Source: Sphagnum compactum
Lineage: Eukaryota
Reading direction: 5' to 3'
Assembly (NCBI GenBank): GCA_965153455.1
Contig: OZ234493.1
Span: 20,388,213-20,452,212 of the forward strand
Length of the DNA: 64,000 nucleotides
The translations under genes were made by a program, and so were the position numbers. The notes beneath the pieces were generated by a model that was not told the origin of the DNA, did not search any database, and saw only the letters and a program-made list of their open reading frames with translations. Positions within the stretch are counted from its first letter, which is position 1, and every line of letters begins with the position of its first letter. Shown here piece after piece: positions 22,759-36,523 of the stretch.

Positions 22759-25700
22759 ATGGCAGCCGATGATCCCCGAAGAGGTCGGCCATGGCGGGCT
22801 TGGACGGTAGCAGCTGCAAGAGGAGGAGAAACAGGCCAAGCAAGTGGACGGAATGAGAATGCTTCTTTGGATGCAACAGCGGTAGCTACAGATGAGATTC
22901 TTCTCTTCGGGGAAAGGCAAAAAGGGCCGTTGATTGCAGAGACAGATGCTCCAAACTTCGGTGCTACCTTTCCAGGACAATGTTCATCGACTCGGCACTC
23001 TGTGTCGCCTCCCCCTTCACCAGCAAGCCAGCAAGAGTACGACTGCGAGTTGGGCGAATCATCATCGATGCTGAAGGAAGCAGATGGTACGCCTACCTTC
23101 CTCTTAAGTCTTGATGATGAGCCTTTCTTTGTGGAACAAGGACAGGATGGTTTGGGAACTGATGTAGCTCTCAAAGGGAAATCAGAGGATGAGGAAGACG
23201 ACGTCAGGTTAGGGGAACTTCTTCAGAGACGATCAGCTATGGAAGCTCTCTTGGCCTTGGCTTCTGGACCCCGGAACCCAATGATACCACCACCACCACC
23301 GCTGGCCCTGCAGAACTCAGGAGGCTTGCCTAGGGTGGAAGACTCTAGTCTTTTGCAGGGACAGGCCCCAGAGAATCTTGAGGACATGGGTGCAGTAGAG
23401 GATGAGAGTGATGGTGATTATTGTGAAGTGGAAATTGCACCATATGGAGAAACTCTGCAGGGGGCTTGTGACCCGAATATCAGATCAGCCATGCAGCAAT
23501 TGCACTTTCCTGAAACCTTCAGGAAACCTGAGTTTATGGAATCTCTGCAGCATCCGGAAGCTTCTGACCCGAATATCAGATCAGCAATGCAGCATTTCCA
23601 CTTTCCTGAAACCTTCAGGAAACCTGATAAGCTCCACCGGAAGCGACCCAAAGTGTTGCCTGTTTTGTCGTGAGTACAGTTTCTTGCACCCAATTTTGTG
23701 TTTGCTTTGAATTTAACAATCAATTCTCTCTGAATTGGTCTTGATATAACTCTTGCAGGGTTTGCTGTAATTGATTGCTTTGATGATGGCTCTTTGAAGC
23801 TATACAGTCAATCAACAAACACACTTTGTGATTCCATCCATTGTGGGTTTGCTGTAGCACGGTCTTTTCTAGGACTGTTGTCTCATTTTATCATCTGCAA
23901 ATATGTGAGTGATGTAGATTGTAATTCATCTGATGACCATCCTTAAATGCACAGTGAGGAGCTATAATCTCCATCTGTTGTTTGTTTGTATGGAGTTACT
24001 GGTTCACAAAGCTCCAATTTAAAAATATTTTTTGGTTGAAGAGTAAGGATGAGTTGTGATATGATTCGCCGATCATTTCTCTGTCTGTGATTATTAGTTG
24101 AACTGCTCCTCAGTTTTTTCTGTTGGGTCTTCTCTATTTCCTCTTCCCTGAGATGTTGCTGGATTTGAAATCTCTATTACCTTATTATAGGGTCATCTCT
24201 CGATTCTGTTCAGGTCGACTGAAACTCATAACGCAACAGTTCTCAATACCTATGAAGATTATTTTTACAAAGCTCCAGACCAGACCTTTAGTATTATCTC
24301 TGCAGCAGTAAGATCAGGACATCAATCTGCAATTTGTCTTGTGGAAATCATGGGAATTCTGAGGCCTCTTCATTTTTTTTTTAAATCCTTCCCTCAGGTG
24401 TTATGCTTGTCTCTAACCTTGTTATAGAGTTATCTCTCAATTTGGTTCGGGTTGACTTAAAATCATAAGCATGGAGTTGTTCTCAATACAGATTATTTTT
24501 ACAGAGCTCCAGATTTAGACCTCTAATTTGATCTCTACAGCAGTAAGATGAGGACATGGGTCTGCACTTGTTTTGTGGGAAATGATGGGAATTCTGAGGC
24601 CTCTTCTTTTTTATTTTCCTTACCTCAGGTGTTAACCTCCTCACACCTTGTAACGGTAGTTGCTTGTACAGAACATTGTTTTTTCCCATTTTTCGATGGT
24701 AGTGTAGCTCACAACTTTCAATGGAGGTTGGACATACAGGATGCATGTCATGGAAATGTGCAGCCTGATTACGAGATTATTGACCTGAGCATGATCCAAG
24801 CATGGAACTAGAATTCCATTGTCTTAGCAGGCTCGAATATGTCAATTTATGTACTGTTGTGGGAAATTCTTGCAAGGAAGCTTGAGGTGGCTGTTGTATA
24901 CACCCAGTATGTTTATAACATGGTTGCATGTAACATTAGTTTCACAGCAATCATTGTTTTTGCAGATGAACAGTTTTTGTGATGCTTGGTGCCTGAGCAT
25001 ACCTAGCTACAATATAAAATGTCCATGTTTTTCATGATTGGCTATTCACAGTTCTTGTATTTTTCTACTCTTTATTTGTGGGTTAAGCTGAATTCTTTAT
25101 AGTTCCCTGGTCATTAATGAGAAGAATTGCAATGTGCAGTCAAAGGAGTTCAGGTGCAGTGAACGCAAGAGGATCATTAATGTCTCGGACAAGTGCTTCA
25201 ATGCAATCAAGTGCCACACCTAACAGTTTGGATAAAGAATGCTCCCCTCCTGTGCCACCTCCTTCTTCCCCTCCGCTCACACATGAGGATGGCAGAGACA
25301 CAATGGATTATGTCAATTCTGGAGATGATGATGATGAAAGCACTCAGGACTTTGATGCTGTTGTGATGGATGATGGTGAAGCTCACATGGATTTAACTGA
25401 TGATCTTCTACACAAGGTGGGCCCTGGCAGATATTATGATGTCTTGATTCTTACTGTTGCTCAGTAATTGTTGGTCAGTCTCTTGTGTAGCCAACACCTA
25501 AGACTGAGTCTCCCTGTTTCTTGTGGAATTGCCACAGGATACAAATTTTGAATGATTCTTTGCCTGAAGTTTTGAGCAGATTATTGTTCATGTATCTACA
25601 CCCAATCTTCAGGAGCCAATGATGTCAGTGGGAAGGAATGCCAGCTAGTCACTGTCAGTCATGATGAAGGTGATGGTCTGGTACTTTGTGAGTGAAATTC

Positions 25701-28700
25701 ACAAGGTTATGACTGCAACCCTTTTAATGTGTTATTCTGGCGTTTTCTCTGCAATCTTGTACATAGTCATCTCTTAAGGGATTTTCATCATAGGATTAGG
25801 TCCGTCAACCATACATGAGATCAGCATGGTAGTACATGAATCCTGTCAGACAATTTCAGATACAGTGCATTGATGTAATCTGAATAAGTTTCTTGGGTAA
25901 ATATTGCTTAATATGAAGAGGTAACATGTGCCAGGTCCACAGTGATGAGGAGCCTCACATTGCAAAATCTTGAATTGCATTTTGAACCTCCTTTGTGGTA
26001 TAATTTTGGGTTTGAGATCCATGTTGCTCTTGGGAATGAAGAATTGGGTCCTGATAGTCATGAGGATAATCGAGGCAAATGTTGGTTAGCCTTGTACATA
26101 CAACCATGTTAATGACCTCAGCAAATAGGTGTGGAAGACAATATTGTGTGGATAATGTTTCTTTGATGTGGTGGATTGTGTGATTCTGATTTCCATAACA
26201 TCAAATCATGCAGTACTTTCTTTGATAACAAAAAGACATGAGAGTTCACCAGGACAGTTAAAAGGTAGGTATTTTTGCTCCACTAATGGATGATGCTGGT
26301 GAAGTACGGATCTGTACGTATTCAGAATCAAGGTGGTTTAAGGGTAAATGAGGGGCATTTGGCTTTTTGTGTTAAACCTTTTGCTTTCAGGGTAACAGTT
26401 ATGTAACATGCTTGTTACCCTGGCATCCTTGAGTAATATTGTTTGAATCTTAGCAGTGTTCAGCAGATGTATCTCAGAATTGAAACTTATATGGGGTGTT
26501 TTCTGGACATGCAGGTCTTTTCATTTCTTGATGACACTGCACTCTGTCATGCAGCTATGGTTTGTCGACAATGGCGGGCAGCAAGTGCACATGAAGACTT
26601 CTGGAAGTCACTCAACTTTGAAGGCCGAAAAGTCAGTCATGAGCAAGGTTTGGAAATTGACTATGTTTTTTAATAGTTGCATAGTCACTAGGTGTGGGAA
26701 TGAAGTGTTGACAACTCCTTTCACATGTTTTGGAGATTCACTTTGAGCTTATCTCAAAATTCAAGACATGGCGATCTTAACTTTCCTATCCCAATTGTGT
26801 GATTCACCTACATTTTGAAGATATTGTGGAGTTATAGTTGGTTTTTTTGTGTGCAGTTGTGCTGTTATGTGTGCGATATCCCAAAGCAACGGAACTCAAT
26901 CTAGGTGGCCCTTTTGTGGATGATGTCCTGGTTCGAGAAACAATGCGGTCTCTGCGGTGAGTTCAGTTGTTGTTCTTTCCTTATTGTCAGGATTGGAAGG
27001 ATTTGGGGTTTCTGCTGAAACTTGACGGCCTAGAGTGAGCGAGAGTAGACAACTGGAGGAACTTACCTGTCCAGTGTGAGGGTCTGGCACAATGTAGCAG
27101 ATAATTTTCCTGGGGCACATTTAAAAGTAAGCTATGTTCTTCTTTGTGGTTGCAGGAACCTGGAGGTGCTGACTTTGGGGCGTGGTGTTTTGAATGATGG
27201 TTTCTTTTGTGCCTTGATGGACTGTGTGTCACTGCAAAAGTTGAGCATCACAGATGCTGTACTTGGAAGTGGGGGTGCTCAAGAGATTCAGCTACGGCAT
27301 GATTCCTTGCGTTGTCTTCAGATTGTGAAGTGCCGTGTCCTCCGTATTGCTATAAGGTTTGTCCAATTCTTTACTGTTCTATGGACTTTAAAATATAACT
27401 TTCCCTTGTCCTGATTTCATTGCTAATGGTGGATGAGTTTATGGAGATCTAGGGATGTGAATGTTCTTGTCCTGCAAAATATCTAGCTTCATTCTTGAGT
27501 TGCATCCACCCATTGACATTTTCTAAAAGCAGATTATTGATAGACCTATAGCTTGTTCTACTTTGGAATCTGGTAGTGATAGTCAGAGAAGACTGCATAT
27601 CTCTTTTTCTTCTCTATCTGCCAACATGAGCTCTAGACTGAAAATAGAATGCAAGTTTAATGTGTATAGAGGCAACAGTAGCACAGAAGTCTGGCTGGCC
27701 AGGATGATGATGTGATCCTTTATAAGATGAGATGTGACTGGCAGCTTGCGCTTACAGTTTATAGACTTGTTTGATGTGCTGAACCTGTATATTGTGGGGC
27801 CTTCTACTCCAATTTGGATGAATCAGAGCTGAGGTCTTGTTTCTGGATTAGTTTTTAATGGGGTATGGATTGAACATGCAGGTGCCCACAGCTTGAAACA
27901 CTGTCATTAAAACGCACTGGAACTGCCTCTGCTATGCTTCACTGCCGTCGACTGATCAACTTGGATGTATCAGCCTGTATCAAATTATCTGATGCTGGAG
28001 TGCGGGCAGCTGCCACAGCATGCCCTCTTTTGGCATCTTTGGATATGTCAAACTGTGCTTATGTCAGTGATGAGACTCTAAGGGAAATTTCACTGGTCTG
28101 CACCCATCTTCGCACCCTTGATGCATCCTTCTGCCCCAACATATCTCTTGAGGTTACCTGCTCAGCCCTGTTGTGTGTCACCAGTTTTAGCTCTGAGACA
28201 AGCAACACTGCTGTTCATATTTTTGGGTAGCTTTTTATGCTAGCACTGTTGGTAGTGTCAAGCAAAGAGGTCCAGCTTCCTAAGAGCTATCTGGATAAAT
28301 CTGTGTCAGCCAGAATCCAAGAGGAGGAGAAAGTGGTTAAACTTCACCAGTTATTTTTGACCAACTTAACTGATTTGAGATAATGGCAGGGAGTTCGCAT
28401 GCCGATGTTGACTGACTTGAGGCTTCATAGCTGTGAGGGCATCAACTCATCATCAATGGCTGCTCTCTCTCATTGTGTGATGCTTGAGGTAAGCTTTGCG
28501 CACTTTGGGTAAGAAGAAATGGACTGTTAAGGCCAATCAAAAAGTCCTATACAGTTGTCACAAAGGACAGTCAATGGTCGCTCAAATCAAGTCACTTTGT
28601 TTACTCTTGAAAGCATCTGGTGTAGGACAATAAAATCTGCAGTCATTTATTTGTCTATCAATCTACCAATGAGGATGAGTTAAGGAATTAAGCTTCTGTT

Positions 28701-31700
28701 TACTCTGTGGTTACAATATGCATTTCACATTGTGCATGGCCCGAATGCTTTGAACGGTTGTTCTTTGTATGTCACTGGCCTTTACCCACTGTAGGGAGCT
28801 CTGATGAAGTCAGTGGGGTAGTTGTGGTAGTTAAGTCACTATCATACATACTACTGTTGATGGTCCCTGAACAGGTGTGAGACTGGCGCTTTTGTTCATA
28901 GTGGTGTGTGTCTTTTGTTTTTTGTTTGTTCTGTCTTTCCTTGTTTGGTTCTTTCTATGGCTTCCTGAGGAAGTGTTAACCTTGCTGTTTTTTCTTCATC
29001 GTGAGAATGGAGACTTCTCTATTCTTATGAAAGATATTTGCATTATGCTGGATCTCACTGGATTGGAATCATTTTGCAGGTGCTAGCAATGGATTTGTGC
29101 TCGCTCTTGACTGCTGTGACATTGGACCTTCCTCACTTGCAGAGCATCAGCTTGAGCAACAATCGCAAGTAGAGTCTCTCCTCATTGTTATATTGTTTCA
29201 ATATGGCATGTACAAGGATGCATTGCATAGACATGCAATCCTTAAACTGATTTAGTACAGAATGGTGGCTAATTTGATGTGTGATGATTTTGCAGGTTTG
29301 TGGAGCTCACATTGCGTAGCCCTTCTCTTACGGCAATAAATCTGACCTCCTGTCCTGCCCTTAGCCGCATTGATATCACGTCCAGTAGTCTTGAGGTACT
29401 GTCCAACTGTTGCTCTAGAATGCACATACCTGATATGTACTGAGTCCAAAACACAATAAATTCAGTTAGTGGTGCTGCAATGTCTGTAGTGAGAACTGGC
29501 ATACAGTGACAGCCTAACATATCCATGGGATTGTCTTTTTTCCACCATAGTTATTCATTTGGAGTGTGGTCTGGTCAATCTAATAATTTTAACTTTGTCA
29601 AGAGCTTTTGGTCAGTGCTCTTGCATTGTAGCTGGATTTGTGCTCAGGATTTGAGCATAGACACCCTGTGATGATTACTGAGAATGACACTTCAATTCCT
29701 GGTTGATGCAGAAATTGCAACTGAGGCAGCAATTGGGGCTTGCCAGCATGGTTTTGCAATGTCCATGGCTTCGTGAGGTTGATCTGACTGAGTGCGAGTT
29801 GTTAACAGACACAGTCTGCAATGTCTTCAGTGATGGTGGTGGCTGCCCAAGACTTAACTCCTTGACGCTTGATAACTGTGATGTATGTTCAATGCCCTCC
29901 TAAAGAATACTGTGCAGAGATTTTGAGCATAATGTTGCAGATCCATCCTCAAATCAGAGATTTTGTTATTGCAGTCTTGTCCCAGAGATTTGTGGCAACA
30001 AACTTATTCAATTCTGTTGGCTCTCAATTGAGCTGTGGATCAGAGATCTCCACTCAAAGTCAAATGGATCTGTTGGCTCTCACTAATTTTGACTGACTTC
30101 CAAATCCTTTGTGTAGGGTTTGACACGAGTGAAGCTTTCAACATCATCACTCAGCACACTTTCTCTTGTGGGTTGCCGCAATATTTTGTCTCTTGAGCTC
30201 TCTTGCCCCATCCTGCAGCGCCTCCAGCTGGAAGGCTGTGACCGACTCATGGATGCCTCATTTGCTCCGGTCCATTTCTTGCTCTTGTCCTCTCTTATTG
30301 TATTCTTATTGTCTTTTTGTCATCAACATTCTCTGGGTTTCATTTGGCTAAAATTCATTCTTGTGACTCCCATATTCCAGGTGCACCAAAGAGCTTTGTA
30401 TGTAATAAGGAGAGAGCTAGGTACTAAAATGGGGAAATGGGGTGGGGTTAACAATACAGGTGGGACTCTTCTCTTTAAATCTTGGAATATGCCCCCACTT
30501 AACAAAACTGGAGATTGAGGCAGCTCAGATGACAGTGCTAGATTTACGTGGGTGTGGTGTGCTCTCTCAAGCGGCTATCTGTTGCCCTCGCCTACTGTCT
30601 CTGGATGCCTCCTACTGCAGGTGCAGGATACTGTGTTTCAGACTCTCCTATTGATGCAGAGTTTGCATACATGTTTTTTCATTTGGTGATTAGCGTCATT
30701 GTGCAAAAATTACTTCTATAGCATCTTCTACTATGGCTACATATACTGAAGTTCTTATGTTATACTTTACTTAGAACAATGGTTTTGTTGTTTTCAGCAA
30801 ACTGGGAGATGACTGCTTGGCAGCCACAACGGCAGCATGCCCAGCAATACAATCCTTGATTTTGGCAACCTGCCATGCGGTGGGGCCTCCAGGGTTATTA
30901 TCACTCAAGAAGCTCTGGGACTTAACCATGCTGGATCTGTCCTACACTTTCCTCACTGATCTTTCACCCATTTTTGAGGCTTGCCCTCGTCTAAAGGTAT
31001 GTGTGATACACCTAGTTCATGTGTGCCATTTGTTGAAAAGGGAGAACGGAAGAGAGAGTTGGTAGTGTTGTGGTTAACTCTGACAGAGCTGACTTACCAA
31101 GAAATGTACTGGTGGCAATTCTGGGAAGCAAGCTGTCATACTGATTGAAGTTGTGAGGTCTGTTAGTAGGCAACAAAGCTCTTGTGGTCTGTATAGCAAC
31201 TATTGCAGCTGTCCTAAGGCAGCCAGTATTGTCTGGTTATGATCCAGCAGACCAAATGGGGTTTTCAACCCTTGGAGGTTCCTCATGGTCAATTGCTGGT
31301 CTTTGTACCTCTATGCAACCATGGATGTGATCACAATTGGGCCCCCTAGTGTTCCCATCAGGGTCGTCAAGAAGATAAAGTTGTGAGGATTTCAAATCAT
31401 CTTTGCAAGTATCATTTCATGTAATAGGTCAATTTCAGGGGGATTAATTTGTTAGTGCTGCATTTCCAACCTAGAGATGTTCTTTGCCTTGCAGATATTG
31501 CGACTATCAGCATGCAAGTATCTGAGTGAATCAGCACTTGATGCCTTACATGGAGGCAAGGTGCTCTCTGAGCTAGAGGAGCTGGATATATCCTACGGAA
31601 GCCTGGGTCGTGCTGCAATTGAAGGAGTTCTGGCACATTGCCCTCATCTTACACATGTCAGTTTGAATGGGTGTGCCCATGTAACAGACCATCTATGGAG

Positions 31701-33252
31701 CCACCTTGCTTGCCCCCCTACTCTAGGATTGGGAAGATCCGAAGATGTCGGTATGGAAGATGCTTTCATTGATCAGCAAAGTCCTATGGATGTTGTGTCT
31801 CCTAGTTCCCTCCTGTCTTCAGAAATGATCCAAGAGATCATATGTGATGAAGATCTGGGTACTGGAGAAATGAAGGAGGGTGTCTGCTGCTTGCCCTCAA
31901 CTGATGACTGCTTCACACCTGAATCCAAGTCTAGTTTTGTCAATCTGCCTGTAAATAGCTCAGAAAAAACAATGCCAGGATTGCACCCAGTCTGTTCTGC
32001 AGGAGAACCCCAGCTGAGTACTGAAAATGATGGCAACCAAAACCAGACCCACCTCCCAATGCCAGAGTTGGAAATGACTGAATCATTGCGAGCACTCCAG
32101 ATCCTTAGCTGTGTGGGCTGCCCCAACATTTGGACTGTCAAGATCCCTCGAGATGCTGCGTGCCTCTCTCTCTCATCACTGAACCTCTCCCTTTCCAACA
32201 ACATTCGGGAGGTTCGACTAGGTTGCATCAACCTGACCTCCCTTAACTTAAGGTGAGTTTTCTGTCATCTACATAGGGAATTGCTCTTGTGTGATAAGCA
32301 ACTTTATTGTCTGAAATCCAATCTTGTGAGACGATGCTGTTGTTTGGTAAGGAGTTTGTTTGGAGTTAGTCTCTTGATCTGCAAAGCCATTTGCCTATAC
32401 ATAAACATTTTGACATTGCATTCTCTGGTGTAGCCAGCTGTGCCAAAGACAGTGCTCAACAATCTAGTTGTAGTAGGCACATGGAAGGTCTATTATGGTG
32501 TGATCTGTTTATACTCCCCAACCTTTAATTGTTGATTTGAATATTGGTGCCATATTTTTCCTAACACTTGGTTGCACTGGTTGCTGCAGCCACTGTGCAG
32601 CTTTGGTTGTTCTTGAGCTGGACTGTCCTCGCCTTATCACTCTGTGTCTGCAGGTATCATTTGAGGTTTTGTTATTTCAAATATCTTGTCTTCTGTTGGT
32701 TTTATATTGGTTGATAAAATCTGGTTACAGTTTCTGCAAGTTTGAGCAACTTGAGATTGATGAGGCTCTTGACAGTTTGCATAAAGAGTTGTTTAAAAGG
32801 TACCTTCTCTGGCGGACAAGTCTGACTGTTTGTTTGCAGGATTGTGGAATTGAAACAGAGATGCTGGAGCATGCTGTTCTGGGCTGCACTCTTCTAGAGA
32901 CTTTGGATGTCCGCAGTTGTTTGAAGGTTCATCTCTTTGCTTTGTTTGAATTGTGATCATTTGTGATGAAAGGACAAATAACATCTGCAGAAAATAGGCC
33001 TGTGACCTGAAAGCAGCTGAATGATTTTGATCATATGACTAAGATCTATTAAGTAGACCTTGAGTGCAAGAGTTGAAGGTGCAGCTTAGTTATGCTGTCA
33101 AGTTACAAGGTCTATGACATCAATGAGGCTGTTGTTTTCCTGAGTTCTTATAGTTGTAGGATGATCTCTGGCAGTTATCTTCAGCAGCATTGATGCGGAT
33201 GCGTGCAGCGTGCCCAGGGCTCAAGCGCCTCTATAGCACCTCATCTTCTTAA
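22759..33252 (+). CDS. FBL15: F-box/LRR-repeat protein 15-like (SLOMO-like), 17 exons, ~1283 aa
   Basis: Phase-consistent GT-AG exons: 22759-23669, 25140-25416, 26515-26647, 26857-26956, 27156-27356, 27882-28152, 28390-28488, 29080-29168, 29296-29395, 29712-29882, 30117-30269, 30460-30620, 30798-30996, 31495-32252, 32590-32653, 32840-32926, 33175-33252 (3852 nt). F-box MDLTDDLLHK|VFSFLD..LCHAAMVCRQWRAASAHEDFW; many Cys-containing LRRs (FSDGGGCP, LNLGICP, LDLSYTFL); C-terminus ACPGLKRLYS. The start codon is the least certain part. Confidence 0.93.
24240..24634 (+). repeat. Diverged direct duplication in intron 1 (period ~240 bp)
   Basis: TTCTCAATAC...CAGCAGTAAGAT...ATGGGAATTCTGAGGCCTCTTC...CCTCAGGTGTTA at 24240-24403 and 24480-24634. 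Confidence 0.85.
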
Positions 33253-34639
33253 GTAAAGAGCAAGGGTGGCACAGTGCAGCACACTTTATGGTAATACATC
33301 AACAATCTTCAGCTCAAGTTGATCTCATTTTTTATCCACATTCAAGATCCTGCAAAATGCAAAAGGTGGGCTCTGAATTTTGCCTTTTCCCTTCCTCCAC
33401 CGATAAAGCAAAAAGATATCCTCTCCTTAGTTGGTGTTCCAGCTTGATGATCAGCTGACACTGCTAAAAGTGAGACGGAGGACTCATATATTTGCTTACA
33501 TCAACTTTTGTCGCCACAGGGTGAAATATTGGTCTTCCCTTTCGTGCACTCATTGAGGCTGATGTTACTCCACACAGGCAGATTTCCTCAACATACTCCT
33601 TTGTTTTGTTTTCTGCACCATCTTTCCGCTATGACTTAAACCACATCTGCTTGTTGGGGGAGTGTGCAACGGTTTAGGCACTAAGAAGTCATGGATATGA
33701 AGGTGACCAGGGGCATCACATTAGTGTCCAAGGAATATTCTGTTTCATGCTTCACAGGCCCCTTGTCACAGTCAAATAGAAGCTGACATCAGTGGTCTAC
33801 TTTCCTTTGCCGAGCACAAGATTTTTGATCCGTTGTGTAAATGCTTGATAGACTTATCAAGGCAGATTAATTTTGTGACAAGAAATTGTAGATTTTCTTT
33901 AACATATGTTTTTGGCATTTAGTGCTTCGTTGCCTGTGAAGGTACTTTGTGGAGGCTGTATTGTTAGCAGTACTTAGTTAGGTGTATACTTTGCAGGGTG
34001 AATACTTTTTTCCTTTGCATCAGGTAGATGTGGTGCCATCTTGTTTATCTCATTTGAGATGATTGAAAAACTCTTCTCTATATGGTTTTTTAATTACCTG
34101 GCATGTAATCCCAGAGGAGACCAGGAGTTCTCCCCAAGGTGTCAACAATCAAGCCCAAGAATTGCTGAATGCATACCTCTTTTGATACAATATGCAAATT
34201 GTTGACTTCAATGTTGCAACTTGAAATCCTATTTCCTCATCAGGTTTTCCTCACTGCTCTAACCTGGGCTGCATCATTCATACTCGTGTGCAGGAGGTGT
34301 CCCAGGACTCACCAGTGCTTGAGTTTAGGTGACTCTTCAGGAGTTTGACTGTTTCTTGATATTGTGTTCCTTCGGAGTACACTTATTTTCAAGGGGCTTC
34401 TGTCTTAAATTTATGTGTCACCAAGACAATGTTTTGCATGTGCTGTACATTGTTGATGCATTAACGGATTGTTGCAAGGAAGTGGAAAGAATTGGTGGTG
34501 AGGCTGACTTCTAAATCTTAAGTAAAGGAATTGACTGAGGATGCAGCTGGGAGTAAATGTGTGTCTTTTCAAAGGATGATGATGATAACAAAGACTCTCT
34601 CTTCTTTGTTTTTTGGATTTAGGGTTTATTGGTAACTTG

Positions 34640-34790
34640 GGTAAGTGGGTAGGTAGCCTAAGTAGACGTGTAGGTATTTAGATAGGTACACTAGGTAGGT
34701 GGCCAGGTAGGTTAGTAGGTTGGTGACCTGGTGTATAGGCAGGTAGTTAGGTTGATAAACTAGGTAGGAGTGTAGGTGACGTATTGAAGA
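34640..34790. repeat. Degenerate (GTAG)n low-complexity tract
   Basis: Multiple GGTAGGTAG units. Confidence 0.7.
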
Positions 34791-35351
34791 GGCCTGGCAT
34801 CCTGCCTACCTCCACACAGCCCACTCCAAAGAGAAGAACAAAAAAAATGAAAAAAGTTTCGGTTGGTGGCCAAGAAATGAGCTTTTGGCACTGGGCAGTC
34901 GATAAAACAATTTGCTTTTGGCAGTTTGAAGAGTATTTTAGGCAGCCCGTGAGTTGATGAGTTTGCAAAGTCAACTAGGGTTGAGGACTCGACGAATAGG
35001 AAATGTCCACTTGCCAAAATCACAAAGCCAGAAAGTCAAATTGGCAAAATAACTGGTGTTCCACACTGGGGGGTGGAAAGTCACAGATGTTAATGAATCA
35101 CCTGTGCGTGTGTTGTTGCCTGTTTGTTCATGAATTGGAGTTTCCTGACATGATCTCCTTGGGATTTCTGGACACACAGTTTTACAACATCCGGCTTGCT
35201 CATGATGTCTTTGGGAGAAGACAGAAGACCATTTGTGGGCATACTCTCCCTCCCAGTTTGTATGCAATTTGTGCTCAGTAAAAGGGGTTTGTCTTTCACC
35301 CTCCCTGCATGGGGGTGTGATTCCAGACTTTTGAACCTCCTAAGGGCTTTG

Positions 35352-35453
35352 CAAAATCTGGGTTTGGCTTTGTAGTTTTTGTTATAAAGGACGTTCCTGT
35401 ATCAAAATCTGGGTTTGGGTTTGTAGTTTTTGTTGTAAAGGAGGTTCCTGTAT
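35352..35453 (+). repeat. 51-bp tandem duplication
   Basis: CAAAATCTGGGTTTGG.TTTGTAGTTTTTGTT.TAAAGGA.GTTCCTGTAT at 35352 and 35403. Confidence 0.9.
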
Positions 35454-35519
35454 GAGTGGGTTCTCCTGAGTTGAGGGTGTTCCCCAACCTCAGGAGAACC
35501 CATGAGTACAGGAACCTCC
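35440..35519. repeat. 80-nt inverted repeat (hairpin)
   Basis: GGAGGTTCCTGTA-TGAG-TGGGTTCTCCTGAG pairs with CTCAGGAGAACCCA-TGAG-TACAGGAACCTCC (13-bp and 14-bp perfect stems). Confidence 0.9.
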
Positions 35520-36523
35520 ACTCATGTAAATGACTATCTTTTTATGGGAACTCAGGAACATTGAAGAATAGGAGGATCTCCCCCTGGCATAACGCCCTAG
35601 GTTCTTATGCTGAGGGAGATCAGTATTGTGACATAACATGAAGTCTCAGGGCTTAAGGATACTCAAAGAGAGAGAATTGCCATGTTATGTTCTGTTCTGC
35701 AATTCACCTTTTTCATATGAGGTTTGACTCAATTTGATGTTCTTAGCACTTCAAAACCGAATTTTGCTGCTGAAGAAAAGGCTTTTTCAACTGCAATATT
35801 TACTGAGGACCATACTTGCTAGCTAGAATTGCCCAAACTTCTGAAGGCAATAAAATGTACTAGAAGTCAATGTCAATCCCATTTTGCATTATTCCCATAG
35901 ATACATATAAACCTCTCAGAAGGTTTTAGGAACATAAACAAGTGAGTTAGCAAGAGGATGAACCAATTTGGCAAAAGTCCAAGAGGCTTCAAGAGACACA
36001 GATCTATATACTAAATGTCAAGGTCAAGATCTCCAAGTCAACCACTTGTCTATGCATTCAGCAACAGCTGATAGTTTTCTTCTATTGATCAGTGGTTGCC
36101 TTTCATCGTGGATTCAGCTCTTAGAATTGAGAAAGAGATCTGCAGGAGCTAATTTACAGTTCTTACTCGGGCCATCTGTCATTGTGGGGTGTATATCAAC
36201 CCACTGCTCTTTTGGAGCTCCTTTTTGTCACCTTTTGCACACCTACTGTGGCTTGTTCACCCTCTTTCTTCCAGCATTCACTGTGTGCCTTGCTGAACTA
36301 ATTTACACTCAAGGTTGAATAAACTGCAACCTCAAAACCCTTCATCATACCTGAATTACATCCCAATAGCAGCGCATATTGGGTGTCTGTCTTAATAATT
36401 GCATTTTGTAATTGCTTTACACCTACTGCTGCACCAGATGGTTCCCTGTTTGAATGCCATCTGTCTATTGATCAAAGGATGTGATTTTTAGATCTGAATT
36501 TGCATTACCATTTTTGTCTCATC

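Noticed and set aside
35440..35519. SECIS-like AUGA..GA quartet in the hairpin
   Set aside because: Lacks the apical AA motif and the internal loop below the quartet; no adjacent Sec-UGA ORF, and land plants are not known to have selenoproteins.
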